A stretch of DNA of 64,000 nucleotides from the NCBI GenBank assembly GCA_965208125.1, contig OZ242320.1, positions 256,001 through 320,000 of the forward strand. Reading direction: 5' to 3'. The notes under the pieces are model-generated. The model saw nothing but the letters and a program-made list of their open reading frames with translations, was not told where the DNA came from and made no database searches. This stretch comes from Candidatus Latescibacterota bacterium (GTDB taxonomy: Bacteria > Latescibacterota > UBA2968). A program made the position numbers and the translations under genes. Shown here one piece after another: positions 8,834-19,664 of this stretch; the stretch's first letter is position 1; each line of letters opens with the position of its first letter.

Positions 8834-10396
8834 ATGGAAATCGTATCTGTGATTGCGCTATCTACCGGGCTGTTGGTGCTGGGATTTGTTGTGGGATGGA
8901 TGATCAGCAGTAAAATTGCTCACAAGAAATTTTATCGCACCGAAGCCTCAATCGAACAAATTTTGGAAGATGCTCGAAGAGATGCAGAAACGGAAAAACG
9001 CACCGCGCTTTTAGAAGCTAAGGATCAGATTTATCACGAACGCGTACAGGCCGAAAAAGCGCTGGAAGACCGCAACAATGAAGTGGCACACAAAGAAGAA
9101 GAATTAGATCGCATGTCGAGCGAGTTGAATCGACGTGCAGATCTGCTCAACCACAAAGCCGGACAAATGGAAGAACTGGAACAAAAATTGGTACAACAGC
9201 AGGACGAACTATCCGTAAAAGAACTGGAATTGGAAGCGATTTTAGAAGCTCAAAATACGCGATTAGAGCGTATTGCGGCCCTGACGCGCCATCAGGCCAA
9301 ACGCGAATTGATGGAAAATTTGGAGGCCGAAGCCCAGCGCGAAGTCGCCTGGCGCTTAAAAGAAATTCGGGAAGACGCACAAGCGCGGGCCAATGATGAA
9401 GCGAGAGAAATTATCGCAAGCGCGGTTCAGAGACTGGCAGTCGATTATACGGTAGAATCAACGGTAACAGTTGTCGAGTTGCCAGCCGATGAAATGAAAG
9501 GTCGAATAATCGGGCGCGAAGGGCGCAATATTCGATCTTTTGAGATGTGTACTGGCGTAGATGTGATTGTTGACGATACCCCCAAAGCCGTGGTGCTGTC
9601 CGGGTTTGATCCCATCCGACGCGCAATTGCCAAGACAGCCTTGGAGGACCTTGTGATGGATGGACGCATTCATCCGGGCCGAATCGAAGAAGTGGTTAAA
9701 AAATCGCGAGAAAATATGCACGAATTGATTCGACAAGCGGGTGAAGAGGCCATCTTTGACATGGGAGTGCCCGGCCTGCACGACCGCCTGATTGAATGTC
9801 TTGGGCGATTAAAATTCCAGACGAGCTATGGACAAAATATGTTAAATCACAGCAAAGAGGTAGCTTTTTTAGCCGGAATGATGGCCACCCATTTGGGGCT
9901 GGATGCACAACTTGCCAAACGCGCTGGCCTACTGCACGATATCGGCCAGGGAATTAGCCACGAATTTGAAGGCACGCCCGGCCAAAATGGCGCTGATATG
10001 GCAAAAAAATACGGTGAAGATGACGAGGTAATCAACGCGATTGAAGCCCACCACGGCGAGGCGGACCCGATCTCGCCAATTGCAGTGCTGGTCGATGCCG
10101 CAGATACCATTTCGAGAGTTCGTCCGGGCGCGAGGCGCGAAGTGCTGGAAAACTATGTGCGCCGATTGGAACATCTGGAGCAAACCGCTCGAGAAATAGA
10201 GGGAGTAGATGCGGTTTACGCTATTCAAGCTGGTCAGGAGATTCGGGTAGTCGCCAACTATGGATTAGTCAGCGATGAAGACACCGAGCGACTATCTGCA
10301 CAAATTGCCGAACGGCTGGAAAAAACGATGACGTATCCGGGGCATATAAAAGTGACCGTGATTCGCGAGGTGCGCGCCGTTAATTTTGCGCGATAA
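8834..10396 (+). CDS. rny: Ribonuclease Y
   Basis: N-terminal TM helix, coiled coil, KH domain KGRIIGREGRNIR, HD domain LLHDIG, AIQAGQEIRV. Confidence 0.97.
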   Translation: MEIVSVIALSTGLLVLGFVVGWMISSKIAHKKFYRTEASIEQILEDARRDAETEKRTALLEAKDQIYHERVQAEKALEDRNNEVAHKEEELDRMSSELNRRADLLNHKAGQMEELEQKLVQQQDELSVKELELEAILEAQNTRLERIAALTRHQAKRELMENLEAEAQREVAWRLKEIREDAQARANDEAREIIASAVQRLAVDYTVESTVTVVELPADEMKGRIIGREGRNIRSFEMCTGVDVIVDDTPKAVVLSGFDPIRRAIAKTALEDLVMDGRIHPGRIEEVVKKSRENMHELIRQAGEEAIFDMGVPGLHDRLIECLGRLKFQTSYGQNMLNHSKEVAFLAGMMATHLGLDAQLAKRAGLLHDIGQGISHEFEGTPGQNGADMAKKYGEDDEVINAIEAHHGEADPISPIAVLVDAADTISRVRPGARREVLENYVRRLEHLEQTAREIEGVDAVYAIQAGQEIRVVANYGLVSDEDTERLSAQIAERLEKTMTYPGHIKVTVIREVRAVNFAR

Positions 10397-10405
10397 AAAT
10401 AGCGA

Positions 10406-11197
10406 ATGAAAATTTTATTTGTAGGCGATGTTTATGGCAAGCCCGGGCGACGGGCCGCCGCACATTTGATTCCTCAACTGATCGCACAGCACGCCATTGA
10501 TTTTTGCGTTGTCAATGGCGAAAATTCTGCTGGCGGTTTTGGTATTACCGCAAAAATCGGACAAAAATTTCACGCTTACGGTGCCGATGTAATTACCATG
10601 GGCGATCACGTCTGGGATCAAAAAGATTCGGTTGACTATATTCAAACAGGCGACCGGATTTTACGTGCAGCCAATTTTCCCAAAGAAGTTGGAGGTATTG
10701 GTGCAGCGGTTTTTTCAGCGCGCAATGGAGCATCGGTTGCAGTGCTCAGTCTGCTTGGGCGAACATATATGAAAATGGCACTGGACTGTCCCTTTAGAAC
10801 GGGGCAATGCGCCGTGGAGCAACTGCAAAAGAAAACGCCCATTATTCTCATCGACTTCCACGCCGAAGCGACCTCAGAAAAAATTGCTTTGGGACACTAT
10901 ATGGACGGCAAAGTCAGCGCAGTTTTGGGCACGCATACCCATGTTCAAACAGCCGATAATGAAATTTTGCCCGGCGGAACCGCGTATATGACAGATGTCG
11001 GCATGACAGGGCCTCACGATTCGGTTATTGGCGCGAAAAAAGACCCTGCGATTCACCGATTTATAAACCAGATGCCCGTGCGCTTTGAGCCAGCCACAGG
11101 CGACATAAAACTCTGCGGTGCGCTCATCGATGTAGATGAACGGTCTGGACGCGCACGACACATCGAGCGGTTGTGTCTCAATTTAGAGGAGGGATAA
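10406..11197 (+). CDS. ymdB: YmdB-family (TIGR00282) metallophosphoesterase
   Basis: MKILFVGDVYG, VNGENSAGG, DFHAEATSEK, GTHTHVQT, TDVGMTG; follows rny. Confidence 0.92.
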   Translation: MKILFVGDVYGKPGRRAAAHLIPQLIAQHAIDFCVVNGENSAGGFGITAKIGQKFHAYGADVITMGDHVWDQKDSVDYIQTGDRILRAANFPKEVGGIGAAVFSARNGASVAVLSLLGRTYMKMALDCPFRTGQCAVEQLQKKTPIILIDFHAEATSEKIALGHYMDGKVSAVLGTHTHVQTADNEILPGGTAYMTDVGMTGPHDSVIGAKKDPAIHRFINQMPVRFEPATGDIKLCGALIDVDERSGRARHIERLCLNLEEG

Positions 11198-11198
11198 G

Positions 11199-12389
11199 GT
11201 GGAACATCCGCTTTCCGTATCGGACGTCACGCAGGCGGTCAAGCATACCCTTGAAATGCAATTTCCGCCCATGTGGGTCGTCGGTGAGTTAACCTCCTTT
11301 TCCCAGCCTGCATCCGGACACCGGTATTTCACGCTCTCAGACCCGCACAGCCAATTGCGATGTGTGATGTGGCGCTCGCGTCCCATAACCGGATTTCGTC
11401 CCACAGCGGGAATGGCTGTGTTAGCCCAGGGGCAGTTGACGGTATATGAACGGCGGGGCGAATATCAGTTTAACGTGTCACAACTATTTCCCGCAGGGGT
11501 GGGACAACAGCTAATCGCCTATGAAAAACTGAAAAAAAAATTATCAGAAGAGGGCCTTTTTGATGAAGATCGAAAACGACCTCTGCCCAAATACCCGGAG
11601 GCCATTGGGGTTGTAACTTCGCAGACGGGCGCAGCTTTTCAAGATATTTTGGATGTGTTAAAACGGCGATTTCCCGCTGTTCGCATTGTTTTGCGTCCCG
11701 TGCTGGTACAGGGATTGGACGCGCCAGAAGATATTGCACAAGGCATTGCCGATTTCAATGACTTTGGCAAAGTAGATGTACTGATTGTTGGACGCGGCGG
11801 CGGCTCGGCTGAGGATTTGGCTGCATTTAACGACGAGGAAGTCGTGCGGGCAATTGCGGATTCTGAGATTCCAGTTATTTCAGCCGTAGGACACGAGATC
11901 GACATCTCCCTATCTGATCTGACCGCTGACGTACGCGCACCAACCCCTTCTGCTGCCGCAGAAATTGCCGTACGCGATGTTTTAGAAGTGCGGGAACAAG
12001 TCGGGCGGCTCACACTTCGCACACGGGAGGCCATGCAGCGGTTGTTAGACAATAGTGAAGACCTGCTCAAAGCGCACGAAGGCAGTTATGGCATGCGGCG
12101 ATTGTCCGACTTGATATTTCAGAACGCGCAACACGTCGATGAATTACACCGCGATTTATACGCGCTCATGCGGCGGCTATTTGAAAGTCGATTAGCCGAC
12201 TATCACCGTATGACCAGCAAATTGGGATCGCTCAGTCCTCTATCAGTGCTCGAGCGGGGATTTGGCCTCGTACAACGCAAAGACGGTTCGGTCGTATCTG
12301 ATGCAGGGATTTTGACACCCCGTGAACATCTACACATTCGGTTTGCAAAAGGCGAGGCAACCTGTAGGGTAGAAAAAATAAAAAGGTAA
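11199..12389 (+). CDS. xseA: Exodeoxyribonuclease VII large subunit
   Basis: SGHRYFTL, VGRGGGSAEDL, SAVGHEID, APTPSAAAE. Confidence 0.96.
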   Translation: MEHPLSVSDVTQAVKHTLEMQFPPMWVVGELTSFSQPASGHRYFTLSDPHSQLRCVMWRSRPITGFRPTAGMAVLAQGQLTVYERRGEYQFNVSQLFPAGVGQQLIAYEKLKKKLSEEGLFDEDRKRPLPKYPEAIGVVTSQTGAAFQDILDVLKRRFPAVRIVLRPVLVQGLDAPEDIAQGIADFNDFGKVDVLIVGRGGGSAEDLAAFNDEEVVRAIADSEIPVISAVGHEIDISLSDLTADVRAPTPSAAAEIAVRDVLEVREQVGRLTLRTREAMQRLLDNSEDLLKAHEGSYGMRRLSDLIFQNAQHVDELHRDLYALMRRLFESRLADYHRMTSKLGSLSPLSVLERGFGLVQRKDGSVVSDAGILTPREHLHIRFAKGEATCRVEKIKR

Positions 12390-12395
12390 AATCCA

Positions 12396-12656
12396 ATGCC
12401 AAAAAATAAAACAGAAGAACCCACATTTGAAACAGCTTTGAAGCAATTGGAGACGGCTGTGGATCGTTTGGAAGAAGGTGCACTGCCCTTGTCAGAGGCA
12501 CTAAAAGTGTTTGAAGAAGGTCTAAAAGCATCCAATCAATGCCGCAGTTTATTAGAAGATGCGCGGCAACAGGTTGAAGTGCTGGTACGCGATAGCGATG
12601 GTGAATTTGAACTGGTATCTATAGATTCCAACGGCGAAGGGTTTGCAGACGAATGA
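12396..12656 (+). CDS. xseB: Exodeoxyribonuclease VII small subunit
   Basis: FETALKQLETAVDRLEEGALPLSEALKVFEEG. Confidence 0.95.
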   Translation: MPKNKTEEPTFETALKQLETAVDRLEEGALPLSEALKVFEEGLKASNQCRSLLEDARQQVEVLVRDSDGEFELVSIDSNGEGFADE

Positions 12657-13513
12657 AGTCCATCGGTTTGTTTTCGAACCCGACCCAACCGGGCATGGGC
12701 GTTGCAGTCGATCAATTGGCCCAACGCATCCATCAAAGAGGCATTGGGGTACTGATCGCCGATAACTTGCGGCAAATTTGCACATCTGATTCCAAATGGT
12801 TTTGTCCGGTCGATCAGTTGCCCACACGCGCAGACATCATTGTAGCGATGGGCGGCGATGGCACCTTGTTGCGCGCAGCCGATGTGGTCTATCCGCACAG
12901 CACGCCGATTTTGGGCGTGAACCTGGGGCGGTTGGGGTTTTTGTCGGGCGCGGAGCCCCGCGAATTGGACGATGGGCTGGATCGGTTATTATGTGGCGAT
13001 TACACCGTTGAAGAGCGCATTGCTCTGCACGCCAAAACCCACACGCAAAAAGCGTTTGCGCTCAATGAGGTCGTAATTGAACGCAGTGTCAAAGCGCGTC
13101 TGGTACAGGTTGTAATGCTGGTTGAAGGTCGGTCCGTAAGTTCCTTTCACGGCAATGGATTAATTCTGGCAACGCCGACGGGCTCCACGGGTTACAGCCT
13201 GTCTTCGGGCGGCCCAATTGTTCATCCAAATTTATCCGTGCTCGTCGCCACGCCTATATGCCCGCATTCACTATCTTTGCGCCCAATGGTAATGCCGGGC
13301 GACCAGTCGGTAACGGTTAAAGTAATAGCTGATCAGTCTGATGAAATCATGTTATCCACAGATGGACGCACGGTATGTTCGCTTTCGGCTGAAGAACCCG
13401 TTACAGTACAACGGGCCTCCGAACCCGTGCGCTTTATCAATATTCAGGGATTGACTTTTTACGATCTGTTGCAGCGCAAATTAGACTGGAGTCTGGATCG
13501 GCGAGACGAGTAA
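12653..13513 (+). CDS. nadK: NAD(+) kinase
   Basis: GGDGTLL, GVNLGRLGFL, ALNEVV, ATPTGSTGYSLSSGGP. Confidence 0.95.
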   Translation: MKSIGLFSNPTQPGMGVAVDQLAQRIHQRGIGVLIADNLRQICTSDSKWFCPVDQLPTRADIIVAMGGDGTLLRAADVVYPHSTPILGVNLGRLGFLSGAEPRELDDGLDRLLCGDYTVEERIALHAKTHTQKAFALNEVVIERSVKARLVQVVMLVEGRSVSSFHGNGLILATPTGSTGYSLSSGGPIVHPNLSVLVATPICPHSLSLRPMVMPGDQSVTVKVIADQSDEIMLSTDGRTVCSLSAEEPVTVQRASEPVRFINIQGLTFYDLLQRKLDWSLDRRDE

Positions 13514-13525
13514 AGGAGTTGCGCC

Positions 13526-15229
13526 TTGTTGTCTCAATTGCATGTGATAAATTACGCCCTGATCGACGACATGGAAGTCGAGTTTGGTAAAGGGTTAAAT
13601 ATCATTACGGGTGAAACTGGCGCGGGTAAGTCCATCCTGGTCGGGGCATTGGGCCTAATACTGGGTATGCGAGCGAGCCCTGATGTGATCCGCACAGGCG
13701 AAAAAAAATGTACGGTAGAAGCCATTTTTGAACTCTATCTTCAACACCCGGCGCTCAAACTCCTGAATGACATGGGCATTGAGACAGAAGATGGTGAGCT
13801 GATTTTGCGGCGAGATGTACTATTAGAAGGGCGCAGTCGGTGCTACGCCAATGGCCTGTCCATCCCCGTGCGTACACTGAGAGAACTGGGCCGCGAGCTG
13901 GTCGATTTGCACGGTCAACACGACCATCAATCGCTTCTGAACACCGATCAGCATCTGGACTTTTTGGACGGCTTTGGCGGCTTGCACGCAGCACGCGCAC
14001 AGGTCGAAAAATCATATCATCAAGTGGTACAATTACAAAATCGGCTGATTGAAAAAACCGCCGTTGCCCAGCGCCAGCGAGAAAGGCGCGAACTGTTGGA
14101 CTTTCAGATCAAAGAAATTCAGGCGGCAAAACCAGATCCCGGCGAAGACGAACGCCTACAACGCGAACAGTCCGTGCTTTTGCATGCGGAACGACTACTC
14201 GAGATCGCCTATCAGATCGAACAGGTGCTTTATGAAGGTGAACAATCCGTGGCCGATCAACTCGGCGAAGGCGCGCACCTCCTGAATGAAGCCGCACAAA
14301 TGGACAGCAGTTTGGAGCCGATAGCCGAAGAACTCAATGGTCTGAGGTACGGTGCAGAGGAACTGGCCCGCGCCTTTGGCGATTATGCCAATCGCGTAGA
14401 ACACAATCCCCAACGCCTATCAGAAGTAACAGAGCGATTAGAAACGCTGAACGCGCTGAAAAAAAAATACGGCGGCGATCTGGAAAGTGTGCTATCCTAT
14501 GAAAAGAAAGCCCACAAAGAATTGGAATTGACCGACGAACTCGAAGCATCTATAAAAAAAATTCAGATTAAAATTGACGATGCAATACAGACATTCACAC
14601 ATTGTTGTGAGAAATTGTCAAAAGGAAGACACAAAGCCGCTGGCAAATTGTCAAAAGCGATATGCCGCGCATTGCGCGAACTGGGCATGCCCGATGTGCA
14701 ATTTGACGTCCAATTGGATCGGCGGCCAGATCCCGAAGGCCTGATTGAATGCGATGGTCAGCGATTTGAAGCGGGACCACAAGGCATAGAGCGCGGCGAA
14801 TTTTTTATTTCGACCAACCCGGGCGAAGCCATCCGCCCGCTGGTAAAAGTAGCGTCCGGCGGTGAAATCTCGCGTATTATGCTGGCGATGAAAACCGTGC
14901 TGGCGCATACCGATTCAGTACAGGTGTTAATCTTTGACGAAATCGACATCGGAATTTCTGGACGCATTGCAGAGGTTGTAGGCAGGAAATTGCGCGACCT
15001 GTCAGAAACGTATCAAACCATTTCAATTACTCATTTGCCACAAATTGCAAAAATGGCTGATCGGCATTTTTCAGTCAGAAAAGAAGTGGTTGATCAGCGT
15101 GCAGTAACTCGCGTAATTCCGCTAAATGAAGAGACACGCGCTGGCGAACTCGCATTGATGATGGGCGGCGAAGAGATTTCAGAACTGACCATGCAACACG
15201 CCCGCGAGATGCTGGCTGAAAAGCCGTAG
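13526..15229 (+). CDS. recN: DNA repair protein RecN
   Basis: ITGETGAGKS Walker A, ASGGEISR signature, IFDEID Walker B, ITHLPQIA. Confidence 0.97.
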   Translation: MLSQLHVINYALIDDMEVEFGKGLNIITGETGAGKSILVGALGLILGMRASPDVIRTGEKKCTVEAIFELYLQHPALKLLNDMGIETEDGELILRRDVLLEGRSRCYANGLSIPVRTLRELGRELVDLHGQHDHQSLLNTDQHLDFLDGFGGLHAARAQVEKSYHQVVQLQNRLIEKTAVAQRQRERRELLDFQIKEIQAAKPDPGEDERLQREQSVLLHAERLLEIAYQIEQVLYEGEQSVADQLGEGAHLLNEAAQMDSSLEPIAEELNGLRYGAEELARAFGDYANRVEHNPQRLSEVTERLETLNALKKKYGGDLESVLSYEKKAHKELELTDELEASIKKIQIKIDDAIQTFTHCCEKLSKGRHKAAGKLSKAICRALRELGMPDVQFDVQLDRRPDPEGLIECDGQRFEAGPQGIERGEFFISTNPGEAIRPLVKVASGGEISRIMLAMKTVLAHTDSVQVLIFDEIDIGISGRIAEVVGRKLRDLSETYQTISITHLPQIAKMADRHFSVRKEVVDQRAVTRVIPLNEETRAGELALMMGGEEISELTMQHAREMLAEKP

Positions 15230-15249
15230 AACAATATAAGGAGCATAGT

Positions 15250-16398
15250 GTGAGACCGATAATTCCCGACAATCTCCGAGACATCGAGGAAAAAGTAAAC
15301 CTGGGGCAACGACTCTCTGCCGAAGACGGCATGCGGCTTTACGAGACTTCCGACCTCAATGCCGTGGGATATTTGGCCAATATCTCGCGCGAACGCATGT
15401 GTGGCAATGTCGCGTGGTACGTCCGAAATCAGCACATCAACTATACCAACGTCTGCAACAAACTGTGCCGATTTTGCTCCTTTTATGTAAAGCCAAAAGA
15501 CGAGCGAGGTTATGTATTATCTCCCGAAGATATACAAAAGCGCGTATTGGAATACATCGACCTGCCCATTTCTGAAATTCACATGGTCGCGGGCATCAAT
15601 CCCAAACTGCCCTATTCGTACTATCTCGACATCGTGCGCGCGGTTAAAGACGTACGTCCCGATGTCGCGGTAAAAGCATTTACCGCAATTGAATGGGTGC
15701 AGATTGCGCGTATTGCAAAAAAGCCATTGAAAGATGTCATGCTCGAATTAAAAGCAGCCGGCGTATCGTCCATTCCCGGCGGGGGTGCAGAAGTATTTAG
15801 CGATCGCGTACAGGAAGATTTATTCTGGACCAAAGCGGATTCCGAAGAATGGCTCGAAGTGGCGCGCACAGCGCATGAAGTTGGCCTACCTACCAATGCG
15901 ACAATGCTGTATGGGCATATTGAAAACCCAAAAGAACGCATCGATCATCTCGTGCGATTGCGCGAATTGCAGGACGAGACCGGTGGTTTTTTGACGTATA
16001 TCCCCCTGTCATTTCATCCCGAACGCACAGAATTAGAGCATCTGCCTGGACCGACAGGCATCGCGGATTTAAGAGAAATTGCCGTGGGGCGATTGATGCT
16101 GGACAATTTCTTCCACATCAAAACGTTCTGGATTATGAATACCATTGAAATCTCACAGGTAGCTTTGTGGTACGGTGCAGACGATATCGACGGCACGATT
16201 CAGGAATACGAAATTACGCGCCGTTCATATTCAGAGACGCGACAGGTGCTCACGCGCAAGCAACTGGTCGAGCGCGTTATAGAGTCCGGACGCGATCCTG
16301 TCGAGCGGGACAACCTGTACAATATCTTATCAACCGAGCGAGAAATTTTAGAAGAAACACCTATAGGAATTCCAGGTGAAATACCCGTAATTTCGTGA
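15250..16398 (+). CDS. mqnE: Aminofutalosine synthase MqnE (radical SAM)
   Basis: HINYTNVCNKLCRFC, IPGGGAE, NATMLYGHIE, GADDIDGT; adjacent to mqnC and mqnA. Confidence 0.88.
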   Translation: MRPIIPDNLRDIEEKVNLGQRLSAEDGMRLYETSDLNAVGYLANISRERMCGNVAWYVRNQHINYTNVCNKLCRFCSFYVKPKDERGYVLSPEDIQKRVLEYIDLPISEIHMVAGINPKLPYSYYLDIVRAVKDVRPDVAVKAFTAIEWVQIARIAKKPLKDVMLELKAAGVSSIPGGGAEVFSDRVQEDLFWTKADSEEWLEVARTAHEVGLPTNATMLYGHIENPKERIDHLVRLRELQDETGGFLTYIPLSFHPERTELEHLPGPTGIADLREIAVGRLMLDNFFHIKTFWIMNTIEISQVALWYGADDIDGTIQEYEITRRSYSETRQVLTRKQLVERVIESGRDPVERDNLYNILSTEREILEETPIGIPGEIPVIS

Positions 16399-16423
16399 AC
16401 TTCTCCTCTCTCCCAGGATTCGA

Positions 16424-17536
16424 ATGGAAAACGACATGATCGACGACATTATTGAAAAAGTATATAACGACGAGCGCATATCCACAGATGACGCCATGCG
16501 CCTGTTTGCACATCCCAATGTAACCGAATTGGGCTTATTGGCCGATGTGGTGCGGCGGCGCAAATGGCCCAAAGACACGGTAACTTATAATATCGGGCGA
16601 AATATCAATTACACGAATGTATGCTGGGTAAGGTGTGATTTTTGTGCATTTTATCGCCCGCCGGGATCCGACGAAGGCTATACATTGCCCAGAGAACAGA
16701 TCTTCGAAAAAATTGACGAACTCATTGCCGTGGGTGGCGACGTGCCAAAAGGCAGCGAAATTTTGATGCAAGGGGGCCTGAACCCAAAACTGCGCGTAGA
16801 TTATTACGAAGACCTCTTTTCCTCAATACGCAATCGCTACCCACAAATCCATCAGCACTGTTTGTCAGCCACAGAAATTATTTATATCGCGCATATCTCG
16901 CGTATGTCACTCGAAAATTGCATTAGCCGATTGCGCGATGCCGGACTGGATTCCATCCCGGGTGCTGGCGCGGAAATTTTGTCGGACGAGGTGCGCGACA
17001 TCATCGGCTTTCGCAAAGACCGCGTCCACGAATGGCTTGCGGTGCATCGCATTGCACACGAATTGGACATGCACACATCGGCGACCATGATGTATGGACA
17101 TGTCGAAACCATTGCACAGCGAATAGAACATCTGGAACACATTCGCAATTTGCAGGACGAGACGGACGGATTCACCGCATTTATCGCGTGGAATTTTCAG
17201 CCCGATTACACCGCCCTTGCTAACGACCAGGGGCGATGGAATGGCATAAAAGCCACCGGATTTGACTATTTGCGAACCATCGCCATTGCGCGCCTGTTTT
17301 TGGACAACATCAAAAGTTTTCAAGCATCGTGGGTAACGCAGGGAGCCAAAGTCGCACAGGTCAGCTTAAAATACGGCGTGAACGACTTTGGCAGCACAAT
17401 GATGGAAGAAAACGTAGTCAGTGCAGCGGGCACGAGCCATACGGATACCATGACACTTCAAGAGATGCAACGGCTCATTCGGGATGCGGGATACGAGCCT
17501 GTAAGGCGAAATACGCGGTACGAGATTTTGAATTAG
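16424..17536 (+). CDS. mqnC: Cyclic dehypoxanthinyl futalosine synthase MqnC
   Basis: RNINYTNVCWVRCDFC, ILMQGG, QASWVTQG, NDFGSTMMEENVVSAAG. Confidence 0.92.
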   Translation: MENDMIDDIIEKVYNDERISTDDAMRLFAHPNVTELGLLADVVRRRKWPKDTVTYNIGRNINYTNVCWVRCDFCAFYRPPGSDEGYTLPREQIFEKIDELIAVGGDVPKGSEILMQGGLNPKLRVDYYEDLFSSIRNRYPQIHQHCLSATEIIYIAHISRMSLENCISRLRDAGLDSIPGAGAEILSDEVRDIIGFRKDRVHEWLAVHRIAHELDMHTSATMMYGHVETIAQRIEHLEHIRNLQDETDGFTAFIAWNFQPDYTALANDQGRWNGIKATGFDYLRTIAIARLFLDNIKSFQASWVTQGAKVAQVSLKYGVNDFGSTMMEENVVSAAGTSHTDTMTLQEMQRLIRDAGYEPVRRNTRYEILN

Positions 17537-17548
17537 GGGTACGTAGCA

Positions 17549-18346
17549 ATGCGTGTACGTTTGGGCGTGGTGTCATATTTAAACTCGCGGCCACTGGTTG
17601 AAGTGCTGCGCACGGGTGTGATCGACCGCGATTTTGAACTGATCTACGGTGTGCCCTCGCGATGCGCCGAACGGCTGCACATGGGCGAAACCGATGTGGC
17701 ATTGATCCCCGCTGTAGAAATTGGACGCGGACGTGATGCCTATCGGATTGTGCCCAATATCGGCATTATTTCAAACGGGCCTGTTGGCAGCGTATTTATC
17801 GTGCTAAACAAAAAACCCGAAGAAATTCAAACACTGGCTCTGGATCGCGGATCGCGCACATCAGTCGTGCTGGCGCAGATCGTACTGGCGCGGCAATTTG
17901 GCTGCCAGCCAGAAGTGTTTTTTCATCCCCCAGATATAGACGCAATGCTCAAACGCGCCGATGCCGCCCTGTTGATAGGCGATCCCGCGCTGGCATTGTC
18001 CCGCAAACGCTATCGAATCCTGGACCTGGGCGAAATTTGGACGCAGATGACAGGGTTGCCTTTTGTCTATGCCTGCTGGACCGGACGCCCCGATGCATTG
18101 GCGCCATATCACATTGACAAACTGATCGAGGCCAAGGAAAAAAGCAAGTCGCTTATCCCCAGCATCGCAAAGGACTATGCCGCTGAAACCCGCACCCTAT
18201 CGCCCGCATTTTATGCTGAATATCTAACCAGAAATATCCTCTACGATTTGGGCGATACCGAACTGGAAGGCTTGAAGCGATTCTATGCTTATGGTGTAGA
18301 ACTCGGATTGATGGACGCAGTGCCAGATATCCGCTTCTATGTTTAA
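17549..18346 (+). CDS. mqnA: Chorismate dehydratase MqnA
   Basis: VSYLNSRPL, SRTSVVLA, ALLIGDPAL, DLGEIW..TGLPFVYA. Confidence 0.92.
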   Translation: MRVRLGVVSYLNSRPLVEVLRTGVIDRDFELIYGVPSRCAERLHMGETDVALIPAVEIGRGRDAYRIVPNIGIISNGPVGSVFIVLNKKPEEIQTLALDRGSRTSVVLAQIVLARQFGCQPEVFFHPPDIDAMLKRADAALLIGDPALALSRKRYRILDLGEIWTQMTGLPFVYACWTGRPDALAPYHIDKLIEAKEKSKSLIPSIAKDYAAETRTLSPAFYAEYLTRNILYDLGDTELEGLKRFYAYGVELGLMDAVPDIRFYV

Positions 18347-18351
18347 ATTTG

Positions 18352-18381
18352 AAAAAAATCGGCGATAGGCCGGTTTTTTTT
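18352..18381 (+). terminator. Probable intrinsic terminator after mqnA
   Basis: AAAAAAATCGGC-GATAG-GCCGGTTTTTTTT. Confidence 0.7.
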
Positions 18382-18403
18382 ATCGAAAACTGGAGAACTT
18401 GTA

Positions 18404-19654
18404 ATGCCCGAAAAAAACAAACCAATTCGCGTGGGCGTCGTCGGCGTGGGACGCGGGCGATCATTTATGCGGGCGGCAACACCGACGGGAATGGAACTCG
18501 TTGCAATTTGCGATACATGGGAAGAGCGACTAAGACCCGAAGGCAAAGCACTCGGGGTATCGACTTATGTAGATTACCAGGCATTTTTGGAACACGATAT
18601 GGATGCCGTGGTACTCGCCAATTATTTTCACGAACACGCGCCCTTTGCCGTCGAAGCACTGAACGCCGGGAAACACGTCATGAGCGAAACCGCTGCTTGC
18701 CATACATTGGGCGAAGGCGTCGCACTTGCGCGGGCGGTAGAGCGCAGTGGCAAAATTTATATGTTTGCCGAAAATTATCCCTATACGGCGTACAATCAGG
18801 AAATGAGACGGCTCTACCAAAAAGGACACGTAGGAGAATTTAAATACGGAGAAGGCGAATACGTACATCCCGACCCGCCAGAAGTGAAATTGGGGCGCAG
18901 TTGTGGGCGCAATCACTGGCGCAACTGGATTCCCTCGACCTATTATTGCACGCATTCGATTGCCCCCGTAATGTACATCACAGATACGCGCCCCGTAAAA
19001 GTAAACGGATTTGTCATCCCCTACGATTTTGGCGACATGACCAAAACCCTGCACATGAACCGCGCGGATACAGCAGGCGTGATCATCTGTCGGATGGACA
19101 ATGACGCCGTCATGAAATCCCTGCACGGCGCATTGCGCGGACACGGCAACTACGTCAGAATCCACGGCAACAAGGGCGTGATGGAAAACTGTCGCAACGG
19201 CGATAAATATCGGCTACGCGTGTGGAGAGAACCGTGGGAAAAGCAAAAAGGAGAACCGGTAGAAACCGTTTACAGACCGGACTTCCCCGTGCATCACGAC
19301 CGCGCAACACAGGCCGGGCATGGCGGCGGCGATTTCTTCACGAGCTACCATTTCGCCGAAGCGATTCGCACGGGCGAGCAACCCTACCTCAATGTGTATC
19401 GCGGCATCGACATGAGTATTGCGGGCATTCAAGCGTGGCGATCAGCACTCAGCGATTCGGCACCGATGGAAGTGCCCGATTTTCGCGAAGAATCCATAAG
19501 AAAAAAACACGAGAGTGATGATTGGTCGCCCGATCCCACGCGCAAAAAACCGGGACAACCACCGAGCAGTATTCTGGGAGAAATCGAACCGTCCGATGGC
19601 GCTAAAGCACTGGCAAAAAAAGTCTGGGCGAGCCGAGGATACTTTGGAGAATGA
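18404..19654 (+). CDS. Gfo/Idh/MocA-family oxidoreductase (GH109-like subgroup)
   Basis: VGVVGVGRG, HVMSE, YMFAENY, GEYVH, AGHGGGDF. Confidence 0.85.
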   Translation: MPEKNKPIRVGVVGVGRGRSFMRAATPTGMELVAICDTWEERLRPEGKALGVSTYVDYQAFLEHDMDAVVLANYFHEHAPFAVEALNAGKHVMSETAACHTLGEGVALARAVERSGKIYMFAENYPYTAYNQEMRRLYQKGHVGEFKYGEGEYVHPDPPEVKLGRSCGRNHWRNWIPSTYYCTHSIAPVMYITDTRPVKVNGFVIPYDFGDMTKTLHMNRADTAGVIICRMDNDAVMKSLHGALRGHGNYVRIHGNKGVMENCRNGDKYRLRVWREPWEKQKGEPVETVYRPDFPVHHDRATQAGHGGGDFFTSYHFAEAIRTGEQPYLNVYRGIDMSIAGIQAWRSALSDSAPMEVPDFREESIRKKHESDDWSPDPTRKKPGQPPSSILGEIEPSDGAKALAKKVWASRGYFGE

Positions 19655-19664
19655 GGATCTGACC